DNA of 62,945 nucleotides, the filler included, from Diploschistes diacapsis (taxonomy: Eukaryota): the NCBI GenBank assembly GCA_023645945.1. It is 20 parts of 20 records of this genome, joined end to end, with 100 filler letters (N's around TTAATTAATTAA, not from the genome) between each part and the next. Parts side by side here need not be neighbours in the genome. Positions count along the whole stretch, not along the records: positions 7,820 to 27,545 come from JALAIB010000363.1; positions 27,646 to 28,846 come from JALAIB010003630.1; positions 28,947 to 30,147 come from JALAIB010003631.1; positions 30,248 to 31,448 come from JALAIB010003632.1; positions 31,549 to 32,749 come from JALAIB010003633.1; positions 32,850 to 34,049 come from JALAIB010003634.1; positions 34,150 to 35,348 come from JALAIB010003635.1; positions 35,449 to 36,647 come from JALAIB010003636.1; 12 more parts are not named here. One strand, written 5' to 3'. A model generated the notes under the pieces. The model was not told the DNA's origin and did no database searches. It was given only the letters and a program-made list of their open reading frames with translations. Position numbers and translations under genes: made by a program. This document shows, in pieces, positions 26,987-38,046 of the stretch; within the stretch, counting starts at the first letter, position 1; each line of letters opens with the position of its first letter.

Positions 26987-27645
26987 AGGGGTTGTTCAGT
27001 AGGCGGACAGGAGGTTTTATGCAGGACGAGCAGGGCTCGCTGATGACGAGTTGCCTCGAACTAGCAGCATGTTCAGTGCTTCAATGAATCTGTTAGCATA
27101 GGGAGCGGCCTGGATGGGGAAAAAACACTTGCAAGGCTTCCATAGCTTACTAGTGTAAACAAAAAAAGGTGGTCTAGGCACCTGCGTCTACACATATATA
27201 CGTGAGGCACTCCCCCAGGTCTCATAGTATGTATCCCATCGGCCTACTACTACTACTACTATCCCCTACGCACACAGAATACTCCGCAAATAACTAGGCA
27301 TCTCGAATCTCCCCTGGCAGGACGCATAAATACGTGTACACTACTAGCAATAGAGAATAGCCTAGATGGTTTAAAAAATAAAAAATACTTCCAAGGCTTC
27401 ATAGCTCACTGGACGGGGGGCACTAATAAGTTTGCAAGACGGAAAAACCGGATTACCTCCCGTGACGGAGAAGAATAGATGTTGCAATAGGCATCAAGCG
27501 TGAACGGAAAAAGCCCCCGACACACGACTTCTCCCAGCCCCCCACNNNNNNNNNNNNNNNNNNNNNNNNNNNNNNNNNNNNNNNNNNNNTTAATTAATTA
27601 ANNNNNNNNNNNNNNNNNNNNNNNNNNNNNNNNNNNNNNNNNNNN

Positions 27646-28026
27646 ATTTAGATTATACTAGGAAAGTTAAGTTGAAATAAAGTAATAACGTTGTATACTT
27701 AAGATATATAATATATGTATTTAAATTAAAAGCAAATTTTATATCAAGATAAAAGTCATATAAAACAGGATTACGAAGGAATTTTAATTAAAAAGGCTTG
27801 TATTTATACGACGAGGACGATCGGATCATTCTTATATATAACAAAAAGAATAAAGTCTATTACTCGAGCAAAATTATAAAAAAAAAACATACGTATAAAA
27901 TAATTACGTATCCAATAACTGAACCTAAATCTAAATTAAACCTCAAAGTTCAATCTAATAAAAACAATTATTAGCTTCAATACGCACGTATGGCCTATAT
28001 AGAACCTAAAAAGTTTTAAAATCTAT
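27646..28026 (+). mobile_element. Ty1/copia gag-pol relic (pre-integrase region)
   Basis: YVFKLKANFIS and LQYARMAYI resemble copia YVP.L..NLIS and LWH.R.GH; interrupted by family A LTR. Confidence 0.55.
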
Positions 28027-28846
28027 TGAGACAGCCCAGCCCAGGGGCCTGCCAAGCCACGGCAGGGTTAATGCCCAGGTGCTTGCCAAGCCACGGCAGG
28101 GTCAATGCCCAGGTGCTTGCCAAGACACGGCAGGGTCTGGGGGTGGCTGTGTAGATGGGTAGTCCCCGAACCCCGGTAGGCTGGCACCCATATTACTTAA
28201 CGGTGCCTTCCTCCTATTTAGATAATTTCTTCTGTAACTTTTCGAATCGAGATCTTTTACCTATAGATACCCAAGCTACATCTAATCCTTCCGGATCAGG
28301 CCCAGCCCCCGATAAAATAACATCCTTTCTTACGCTAACGTTTTATATTCGAAAAGCTTATTTTATTTTCGTACTCGTGACGAGAATTTAAAACGTTAAT
28401 CGAATATTAAGTATTCGAATGAATTTACGATAACCGGAACTCGAAAATATTACCCGCCGATTTATTATAAATAATAACCCCCGCTAGTAAAAAGAATTAA
28501 AAAAAAAAGAAAAAATCGATAATACTTCCGTTTTTTAAAAAATCAATCGAGATATCATCGATTAAAGAATACGATTTAATAAACGAATCGTTAATTAAAA
28601 AATAATCCGTAAAATATCTCGCGTTATAATAATTATTAACGTTAAAGATTTTCGAAGGATTTAATACTAGCGAAGAATTAATACGGGAAAGATTCTAAAA
28701 TGGCCCTCGCGACGAACCTAAACGACGAATATCTTCGTTTAAAAACTTAATAAAAGAACAAATCAACTAAAACAACGTTACCGAGAACGTAATAAAACTA
28801 CAATCGTAAAAACGAGCAAAAGAAATCTATTATCGAACCGAAAAAG
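28027..28846 (+). mobile_element. LTR family A plus internal region
   Basis: Colinear with 6861-7719. Confidence 0.75.
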
Positions 28847-28946
28847 NNNNNNNNNNNNNNNNNNNNNNNNNNNNNNNNNNNNNNNNNNNNTTAATTAATT
28901 AANNNNNNNNNNNNNNNNNNNNNNNNNNNNNNNNNNNNNNNNNNNN

Positions 28947-29322
28947 CTTATATATAGTTTAATTAAGGTAACACGGGTTACGTGATGAATAAAAGGTCTT
29001 AAAGATCATTCTACCTAGTCGTAAATAGAAAGAAAGAACGGTAATTCTATTTATTTATTTTATTAAAAGAATTATTAATTATATAAAAATATCGCTATAA
29101 TCTTTATAAATTTAGAACGTATTCATTTTTATAAATATCTTAAGTTTTTATTCGGGATCAATCTATATTCGTTACCTCTATCATTTTAAAACCTTCTTTC
29201 TAGAAACAGTCCAAGATCTATAACTGTTTTATCTTCTTCTCCTGCCACACTCCTCTTTTAACAGAGACCAAACCCACCTTGATCCTACTCGTGTATACCT
29301 TGTATAGATAGAGATCATAACA
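28947..29322 (+). mobile_element. 3' part of an LTR related to family B, ending CATAACA
   Basis: TCGGGATCAATCTATATTCGTT..TCTTCTTCTCCT shared with 5009-5110; terminus is the inverted counterpart of TGTTACG. Confidence 0.65.
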
Positions 29323-30147
29323 GACGGTAAAAAAGGATAGACTTTTCGACCTTATATCGACTTCCGGAAGCTTAACGTTATCATTATGAAGAACCGTTAT
29401 TCCATATCGAATATTTAGGAGTTGCGAGATCGATTATATAGCGCATTATGATACACGAAATTAGATCAACGAGCAGATTTCAATCTTATAAGGATAAAAG
29501 AAGACGAAGAATGAAAAATAGTATTTAGAACACGTTACGAGTTATTCGAGTATTTGGTAATATCTTTTAAATTTATTAACGTATTAGCCACCGAATAGAA
29601 GCTTATGAACGACATATTATGCGATATTTTAAACGAGTATGTTATTTTATATTTGGACGATACTTTGGTTTATTTTAGCGGGACATTCGAAAATTATCGA
29701 TAGAAGGTTAAGGAAGTATTTCGACGGTTCGACAAGTATGAATTTCGTTTAAAATTAGAGAAATACGCATTTTATAAAATAGAAATCGATTTTTTAGAAT
29801 ACGTTATAGGACGAGAAGGCGTTAAAATCGATTCGAAGAAAATATAATCGATTTTTAAATAATTAATTTTAAAGAACGTAAAAGATATCTAATCTTTTTT
29901 AGGATTCGTTAATTATAATCGATAATTTATTAAAAATTATTTAAAAATAATAAAACTATTAATAAAACTTATTAAAAAAGATTTACCTTATAAATAAATA
30001 TAAGATCAAGAACAGATCTTTTAGAAATTTAAAGACCTAACGATTAACGCGCCTGTCTTAAGATTCTACGATCCAAACAAATCAATACGAATCGAAATCG
30101 ATGTTTCAGAATTAATTATTATAATATACTTACTATAACCTAATAAC
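29323..30147 (+). mobile_element. Ty3/gypsy reverse transcriptase to RNase H relic
   Basis: IDFRKLN..KNRY, TKLD, E*KIVFRTRYELFEYLV, YLDD, SFLGFVNY, APVLRFYDP..IRIEIDVS, with many TAA/TAG/TGA stops. Confidence 0.92.
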
Positions 30148-30247
30148 NNNNNNNNNNNNNNNNNNNNNNNNNNNNNNNNNNNNNNNNNNNNTTAATTAAT
30201 TAANNNNNNNNNNNNNNNNNNNNNNNNNNNNNNNNNNNNNNNNNNNN

Positions 30248-30352
30248 TTATTATACGAGGTAGTTATTATTGAGAAAGATCGAATGTAAGATAAAAATAA
30301 TGATTTAAGGTGGCCGGAATCTGGGGGTGGCCGGAATCCCCGTGAAACACGT
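30248..30352 (-). mobile_element. Family C pogo/Fot1-like TIR
   Basis: GGTGGCCGGAATCTGGGGGTGGCCGGAATCCCCGTGAAACACGT|TA. Confidence 0.75.
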
Positions 30353-30357
30353 TATAA

Positions 30358-30566
30358 TAAATACACGGACACGGACACCGTAATTAAAATTTTTAAAACA
30401 CGGATATTAATACGGATATTATATTTCCGTAAATCCACGGACACGGATACCGTAATAAAAAAAATTTAAAATACGAACATTAATACGGATGTTATATTTC
30501 CGTGAATCCACGGACACGGACACCGCAGCAAAAAAATCTTAAACACTAACACTGACGGCCAGCCTA
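30358..30566. mobile_element. Right part of hAT-type MITE family G
   Basis: ACACGGACAC repeats; ends GACGGCCAGCCTA as at 38794. Confidence 0.75.
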
Positions 30567-31223
30567 ATAAAAACAATAAATGTATTTATTATTATCGTTA
30601 AAGAATATTTCGATTTAACGCGTAATCTATTAACACAATCGATGGTTAAAAGATCATATAATAATACCGTCGAAGTATATAAGTTAAGAAACTTAACAGT
30701 TATAGACATCTCTAAGACAATCTAATAAATAAAAAAGATTTTAGAATCCAAAGTAAAAAGAAAAGTCATAATAGTTAAATAAGCGATTCTAATTAGTAAG
30801 AAGTTAAAAACAGATGCCATCGACCTTAAAGCTGCTGATCTGGATATGTTCAACTATTCGATCATACTTATCGATCTAAATAAGTCGTCTAAACAGCTCC
30901 TGATGACGACGTTTTAAGTTTTAATATCATCGGAAACGAGAAATACTTCCGTCAGAAAAAAAGATATTGGAAAAATCGGGTTAAAAGAATTAAAAATAAA
31001 AGAATAAACACGGGACCTTAGGGGCCTCTAATGACCAGAATGTTTTCAGTAAAGAATCGTTTCTTACTATATAGTCACCGAAGTCGCTTACGGTAACTAC
31101 GGTTTTAAAAAATAGAGAATTTATTATTTCTAATAAAGAACAGAGTTGTAACTATAGGCTTAAAAATAAACTATATAAGATTATCATTATAAAAAACCTG
31201 TCTTCTTTTTTAGTCTTTATCTT

Positions 31224-31448
31224 TGTCAGAATACTAACCTAAATAGGTTAGTCAGATTGCTTACTAAGCTTCTAGCATGTTCGAATATGCTGGAAGGTTC
31301 TAGAAGGTTCTAGAATATTCTAGAATATTCGGCTTACTAATGCATAGAATGATTTGGAAGGATAAGGAACATTCTAGATTAGATTATTACTAATCACACT
31401 AGCGTGAAATGTGCCTATAAAAGGCCTCTCACCCTCCATCGTTCATAG
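31224..31448 (+). mobile_element. Probable LTR 5' portion (TGTCAGAA...) with heat-shock-element array and TATA box
   Basis: TG start at a composition change; nGAAn array at 31293-31330; CCTATAAAAGG near 31414. Confidence 0.5.
31293..31330. promoter_or_regulatory. Heat-shock element array, 8 alternating nGAAn units
   Basis: GAA gg TTC ta GAA gg TTC ta GAA ta TTC ta GAA ta TTC. Confidence 0.65.
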
Positions 31449-31921
31449 NNNNNNNNNNNNNNNNNNNNNNNNNNNNNNNNNNNNNNNNNNNNTTAATTAA
31501 TTAANNNNNNNNNNNNNNNNNNNNNNNNNNNNNNNNNNNNNNNNNNNNTTTTTAAATTCGAACTGAATCGGATCTTTTCTCGTCGAATCTTTTTAATTAT
31601 TTTTATTATCAACGTAGGCGATGTAAGAAAGCCGATTTATATAAAACTTGTAATTTATTTTATTAATGTTTTTTCTTTTAAATTTAAAAGGATTTGAATC
31701 GATTCGTGATTATTAAAATATAATTATATTTTATTAAATCGATTTATACTAGTCGATCGAGAAACTTTAAATACGCGGACGGTCGTTCGAATGCTGGTAT
31801 ATTATTAAAAATTTAGAGCTTATAAACAGTTGTTAATTTCCGATTCTAATAGTATCGAATTATTTCGATACGAAGCGGCCATTGTCGAGAAAAACCGAAA
31901 GAATGATGGATATCGCAATAT

Positions 31922-31967
31922 AAGGTGGCCGAGATGGGGGGTTGGCCGAGATGACCGTGAGACACGT
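31922..31967 (-). mobile_element. Family C pogo/Fot1-like TIR
   Basis: GGTGGCCGAGATGGGGGTTGGCCGAGATGACCGTGAGACACGT|TA. Confidence 0.7.
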
Positions 31968-32096
31968 TATAATTTATATAGTTCGTACAAACATACTACC
32001 CGTACATACTCGCAACGCTATAGTATTTATTAAATAAAAGAAATTTGATTATAGCATGAATTAATTATATTATAAGGTTAAAAACATATAAAAGAA

Positions 32097-32433
32097 GAGG
32101 TAGGTAGGCGGATGACTTGTGTAGGCGGATGACTTGTGAAAGACGTCATTACGATTCGTGATTAATTCCTAAGCGAAGCGGGGGACTATATTGGCATATT
32201 AGTGTGTTTATGGGCGCAGAATAAACCGTAGATAAGAAATTAACTCCGAAAGTAACGGTTAAGGTTATTGATTGGCTGACCTGAACTGAACTATTACGTG
32301 GCATCTTTTTGCATCTACTGCTTTTTAAACCTACTGCTTTCACTTTCGCACCTATTGCTTTCGAATCTACTGCTTTCGACCTAACATATTTCACAAGTCA
32401 TCCGCCCACACAAGTCATCCGCCCACCTACCCC
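32097..32433. mobile_element. ~337-bp MITE (family H) with ~47-bp TIRs
   Basis: GGTAGGTAGGCGGATGACTTGTGTAGGCGGATGACTTGTGAAA versus TTTCACAAGTCATCCGCCCACACAAGTCATCCGCCCACCTACC; internal CTACTGCTTT repeats; no clear TSD. Confidence 0.75.
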
Positions 32434-32445
32434 CTTTTCAACTTA

Positions 32446-32749
32446 ACGTGTTTCACGGGGATTCCGGCCACCCCCAGATTCCGGCCACCTCAAATCACTA
32501 CCGCTAACATTCTACGGTTTTTAAATATAATCTATTCGTCGCAATTAAAATCTAACCGATCTAAATCGAATCTATTTTTGTTATTTTTCTATTTCTCGAT
32601 TTGAAAAACGCCCCGACATTTTTTACGCGTTATAAACCGTTTTAAAAATATTCGACTCGATTTAACCCGAATTATTATTTTAAGAATTTCGTCTATATTA
32701 AACATAAAACGACCTTTTAATTCGATTCGTTTATCTGATTTACGTTTTT
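32446..32749. mobile_element. Family C pogo/Fot1-like transposon end
   Basis: TA|ACGTGTTTCACGGGGATTCCGGCCACCCCCAGATTCCGGCCACC; internal sequence matches 2051-2350. Confidence 0.8.
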
Positions 32750-32849
32750 NNNNNNNNNNNNNNNNNNNNNNNNNNNNNNNNNNNNNNNNNNNNTTAATTA
32801 ATTAANNNNNNNNNNNNNNNNNNNNNNNNNNNNNNNNNNNNNNNNNNNN

Positions 32850-33248
32850 CTTTATTAGAAGAGAAGTATAATAGAAAAAGAAGATAGAATAATTATAAAT
32901 TTTAAACTATTTTTAATAAAAAAGCTTTAAGATAATAGAAATAACGAATATAGATTGATCCCGAGTAATAATTTAAAATATTTATAAAAATAAACACGTT
33001 TTCTTTTACGAAAATAGAATCGTGTTTATATATAATTAGCTCGCTCGCCGTTTATCGTAAGCTTAGCGAGCGGTGTTTTCGAGGCTCGTCGTTCATAAGA
33101 ATAAGCGCGATCGTCGAGCGGTGGTAAAAGCTTGTTCGCCGTTTACGAGAATGAGCGCGAGCAATGAGCGTATCACGTGACCCCTGGTCCCGTGACTGAT
33201 CTATATACAAAGCTGGGACGTGCCAAGTCTGGTACTTGGATCGTAACA
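32850..33248 (-). mobile_element. LTR family B inserted into a family A LTR
   Basis: Reverse complement of 4725-5114; ends TCGTAACA at 33248. Confidence 0.78.
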
Positions 33249-33497
33249 TCCGGAAGGATTAAATATAGTTTAAGCATCTATAAATAAAAGATCTCGATTC
33301 GAAAAGCTGAAGAAGAAACTATCTAAGTGAAAGAAGGGCACCGTTAAGTAGTATGGGTGCCAGCTTACCGGGGTTCGGGGACTACCCATCTACACAGCCA
33401 CCCCCTGACCCTGCCGTGTCTTGGCAAGCACCTGGGCATTGACCCTGCCGTGGCTTGGCAGGCCCAGCTTGGCAGGCCCCTGAGCTGGGCTGTCTCA
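33249..33497 (-). mobile_element. 5' part of LTR family A
   Basis: Reverse complement of 6861-7145. Confidence 0.78.
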
Positions 33498-34826
33498 GAC
33501 AAGCGGCACTCAGGGTCTTGGCTTGCGGGTACTTGAAGGGGGATTTTGCCCTTCTTACTCTCTCCTCTTCTTTAGTAATGAGTCCTAGCATAAATCTGCC
33601 CTACATGCAGCCATCTTATTACATTGTCGTATTCCACTCTTTACAGTTCTAATTACTTTACCTTTCTTAAAGACGACGATCCGACAAGATAACACGTTCT
33701 TCGTAACGTAGACGTAAAATAAACCCACGTAACCAAATTAAAATAAAAGAAAGTAAAAGAAAAGAAAGAAATAAACGATCTAAAATTACCCCACTTAATA
33801 AAAAAAATTCAAATCATATCGAGCAGTAAAATCGAAACTCGTAATCTAAAGATAAAACACCAGCAAACGAATCGCTAGAACAAGAAGATAATTTCGAATC
33901 TATATTAAATGATATATTAAAAGTAATAAAAAACATATTATTAAAAATAAGATAAGATATAAAGCTTAAAAAAACCAAATAATAAAGGCGAGATGAGATA
34001 TCTTCGTCGAGAAAGTAAAAAGAATTGCTGTTAAAGCAGCATTAATAACNNNNNNNNNNNNNNNNNNNNNNNNNNNNNNNNNNNNNNNNNNNNTTAATTA
34101 ATTAANNNNNNNNNNNNNNNNNNNNNNNNNNNNNNNNNNNNNNNNNNNNATTAAAAATATCTTATATAAATCCAATATCTCCTTAAAGTCGAAAAATACA
34201 GAAACTAAAATCTCCATTATATTATTCTCGTATATACTTGATGATCGTTTTAAAGTTATAAGAACTAAATTCATACTTTAAAACCGAATACTTATATAAT
34301 AGTTTCTGAACCTCTTTCTCTAATAACCTATAAACAAGAATGATAACTATCTCTCGTCCGAAAAAGATATTCTATTTAAGGAAGTTTCTGGCTATAATTT
34401 CGAATTTAGAATAAAAGTTTCAGAATCTTTTTTAACCATTACGATATCTTGTAGCCCATTTTACTAGATAGATCTTAATGTTCATCTATTACCGAATATT
34501 AAGATAAACGTAATCCCGAAATAGGGTCTTTTTTAAAGCAGCCTAATCGCGTTTAATAAATTCAGGAAAAGCTTTAATTAATATATCAATAAATTTTTCA
34601 TTATAATCAGACAGACGGATAATATATCTTAATTAAATTCTGTTTTTTTATTTTTTTAATACTAATAAATTATTTAAGAATAATTAGATGTTTTTTTTAT
34701 TTCTCTTTCCATATTCTTGCAAATAATGTCTTCCTATCATGCTTAAAACTTTTAGATCGTAACCTTCTCCTTATCTTTAGTAAGGTGTGGAAGGGTCTTT
34801 AAACAAGTCCTTAGATTAACCCCCAT

Positions 34827-35061
34827 TATAAACACAAGACGCGCTATTTAGGGAGACTTCCCTTGCTATAATAGGTAGATAGTCGTAGGTGGTGTAATAA
34901 AGGAATGTAATGTATTTTCGTAATCAACAGCATACCTAGATAGGATATTTATAAGGTATAGGATGCATTGATTGTCTAGAACTACCTAGCAGGCCTCCTT
35001 AAATGGAACTGCCCTGTGGGGACCACCCCCACCAAGTCTGCGGCCTACTTTTATGTTTACA
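34827..35061. mobile_element. LTR family F
   Basis: Homologous to 5940-6175; ends TGTTTACA. Confidence 0.75.
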
Positions 35062-35348
35062 ATAGATCTAATACGTTAATAATATTTCGATAAACGCATT
35101 ATTAACGTCCATTTAATAACATTCTAAATCTTTAGCTGCTATAACCGCCAATAGAATTCATTACGAATCGACTCGAATAATAAAAACAAATGTCTCGTCG
35201 AAATCGATACTTTATCTTTATAAAAAACCTCTTGCGATTAATCTAATCTTAAACCTTTCAATATCACTATTAAAATTATACTTAATATCGAAAACCTATC
35301 TTAAGCTTATAATATTAATAGGTTCAGATGGTTCAGGTAATTCAATCT
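35062..35348 (-). mobile_element. Ty1/copia reverse transcriptase relic
   Basis: IRVDS**ILLAVIAAKDLECY*MDVNNAF matches the copia RT motif ..LLAIAA..DLE..QMDVKNAF. Confidence 0.75.
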
Positions 35349-35448
35349 NNNNNNNNNNNNNNNNNNNNNNNNNNNNNNNNNNNNNNNNNNNNTTAATTAA
35401 TTAANNNNNNNNNNNNNNNNNNNNNNNNNNNNNNNNNNNNNNNNNNNN

Positions 35449-36266
35449 ATTTTATAATATTCGTTATCGAGGTGGGGATCGCCGATAAAAATTATATCTT
35501 AAACATACGAGAAAAATTAGCCGATCGTTTCTAGACAGTTTTTTTAAATCGAAATCCCGTAACGATCCGAAAGATAAAAAATAAATTATATATGCTCGAC
35601 CGTTTTCTAAAAATAAAGAATCGTAATAAAATAATTATTTTCGCGATTAATAGCCGAAGTATTAATTCGTATATATCTCGTTCCCGACGGATTTACCGGG
35701 ATCGTAATAAAGAAAAAATTTAAGATTTTACCCGAAGTAATTAGCGAAAAACCGATCATGTTTATTAAAAAGTAGATTAATAATAAAACCTATTAGAATT
35801 ATTATTAAAAAAATATTTCTCCAGTAGTTATTCCGAACGCGAATTTAAGTCGAGAAAAGAGTAACCTCTTTATAAGCCCTGAATGGAGGATCTACTGAAC
35901 AAGCAAGCGACGACGAAGAATCGCCCCGGCAGCACGATCAGGCGATCATAGGAGCCTTAGATGAAGATTCCCAACTGCGCCCGCCCTCATGTCAGATGCG
36001 GTACTAGGTAGAACCAATGGGTCCCTTCTTGGCTACCGGCTGGACTCTTGCAGGACAGACGGGACCCTACTGTGGGCCAGCGACAAGCTCGCCGTCCCGG
36101 AGGATCGAATCATTCACGTCATTCAATAATCAATCTACTGCGGTAGAGAGATAGGGTATATCGGGATTAACAAGACCTTCCGAGTAATTAGAAGGAATTT
36201 TATATTGTCTCGAATAAAAGCTATTATCGCTCGATTTATTCAAAATTAAGACGATTACCGCCGAGT
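35449..36266 (+). mobile_element. Ty3/gypsy pol relic (integrase zinc-binding region)
   Basis: GTLLWASDKLAVPE..IGYIGINKTFRVIRRNF..IARFIQN resembles GH.G..KT...I.R.F.W...V..YI..C. Confidence 0.65.
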
Positions 36267-36747
36267 AACATTAACGATTTAAATGTTTTAAGAACTTTCA
36301 TCACGAAAAGTTTTTCAAGTAAAAAATTTTTTCTGGCGAAACTGGCAAAACTGGCGAAACCGACGAAGATGGCGAGGCCAATCATTTTTATTACGTAATC
36401 GGAAAATAAAAAAGCATTTTTTTAATATTTGAAAAAAAAATTTCGAAAAAAATATTAAAAAATCCGCTAATTTAGCGCAGGATAACTAGCGTTTAGAACT
36501 CGCGAAAGCTTTCACGTTACGAATATCCACGCTTACGTAATATAAAATACGTCATTCTTAATATTTCGCGATAATATATAGTACTTGGTAAACACCGTTA
36601 AATCCGATACACTACTAATACTAATTAACTCGGGTATTATTAATAATNNNNNNNNNNNNNNNNNNNNNNNNNNNNNNNNNNNNNNNNNNNNTTAATTAAT
36701 TAANNNNNNNNNNNNNNNNNNNNNNNNNNNNNNNNNNNNNNNNNNNN

Positions 36748-37137
36748 GGCTCGACAATCGAAAGCCTGCAACCGGCCACGCCCCCGGACTACGCCGCCCC
36801 GCCCGCCGGCCCCAAGGGGGGGAGCACCCACCTCAGCTACCCGGACCCGGAGTCCATCACCTACGCGACGCTGGACGAGCACATGCACACGGCCGGCCTG
36901 CCGCCCGTCGACCTCTTCCTGCGGACTTCCGGCGTGGAGCGCTTCAGCGATTTTTTGCTATGGCAGACGCACGAGAGGACGCGGGTCAAGTTCGTGGCGT
37001 GCATGTGGCCGGAGTTCGATCTGTGGCATTTTATTCCGGTGCTGCTGGAGTGGCAGTGGCAGCATCGGAAGGCGCAGGCGGAGGAGAAGCTGGGGCGGCG
37101 GAGGCGGGCCAGGGCCGGGACACTAAAAGCTCAGTGA
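36748..37137 (+). CDS. RER2: cis-prenyltransferase (dehydrodolichyl diphosphate synthase), 3' partial
   Basis: PPVDLFLRTSGVERFSDFLLWQ..WPEFDLWHFIPVLLEWQ. Confidence 0.88.
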   Translation, partial: GSTIESLQPATPPDYAAPPAGPKGGSTHLSYPDPESITYATLDEHMHTAGLPPVDLFLRTSGVERFSDFLLWQTHERTRVKFVACMWPEFDLWHFIPVLLEWQWQHRKAQAEEKLGRRRRARAGTLKAQ

Positions 37138-37339
37138 TTGATCGATCGATCGTCTTTGAAAGAGAGAGGGAATAAAATTGCATGCAGCAAGCGCCGGCGC
37201 TGGGCATGTTTCATCGTTTTGTGTTTGTGTGTGTGTGGCTCGTGGGTACTTGGATTACTCCAGCCTTCGGGGGTGTGTGTTCTTGTTCTGTCACAAACTT
37301 CGTACTTATGCGAGTGATGCAGCGTATGGGTTTATGGGC

Positions 37340-37625
37340 AGACTGCAGAGAGCCATGTAGACTATAACATACCGTAGCAAGCAAGCAGGATAATATACCA
37401 TTTTCAGCGCAATGGGACAAATCCCCAGAGCTTGTATGTGGGCAAAGCATAGATGGCAAGCAGCACAATGCACCCCAATCCAAAACATATGAGGCATATA
37501 TATACACCATAGCATAGCAGAGCAAGCAGGGATAATATGCCATTTCCAGCGTATGGACAAAACCGCAAAGAGCCATATGTAGCAAAGCAATACATGGGAT
37601 AGCAAGCAAGCAAGCAAGCAAGCTG
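37340..37625. repeat. Imperfect tandem duplication (~145-bp period) with (GCAA)n
   Basis: GCAAGCAGGATAATATACCATTTTCAGCGCAATGGGACAA versus GCAAGCAGGGATAATATGCCATTTCCAGCGTATGGACAA. Confidence 0.6.
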
Positions 37626-37689
37626 CACAGCTGCACCCCGTCTCAAAAAAACCCCAGCACCTCTCGCCATCTCTCTCACAGCCTCCCTC

Positions 37690-37946
37690 TCACTGCCTGA
37701 TGTACAAATGCTCCCCCCTGCTGACCACCACCAGCTGATCGCCCACGCTCACCACGCCGCCCTCCCGCCGCACGGGAACCATCTGCATGCCCAAGCAGCC
37801 CATGCCCGCCGCGCCCTCGTCGATCGCCCTCGTCCTGACCAGGGTCGAGCTGGGCTCGTTCCGGTCGCGCACGCCGGTCGCGGGATGCACGTTGGGCACC
37901 TTGCAGCGCGTGCAGCGGCACACGACGTGGAACTCGCACCCTCCCC
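37690..37946 (-). CDS. MOSC-domain protein, 3' partial
   Basis: FHVVCRCTRCKVPNVHPATG..EPSSTL..RAIDEGA..CLGMQMVP..VSVGD. Confidence 0.8.
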
Positions 37947-38046
37947 NNNNNNNNNNNNNNNNNNNNNNNNNNNNNNNNNNNNNNNNNNNNTTAATTAATT
38001 AANNNNNNNNNNNNNNNNNNNNNNNNNNNNNNNNNNNNNNNNNNNN

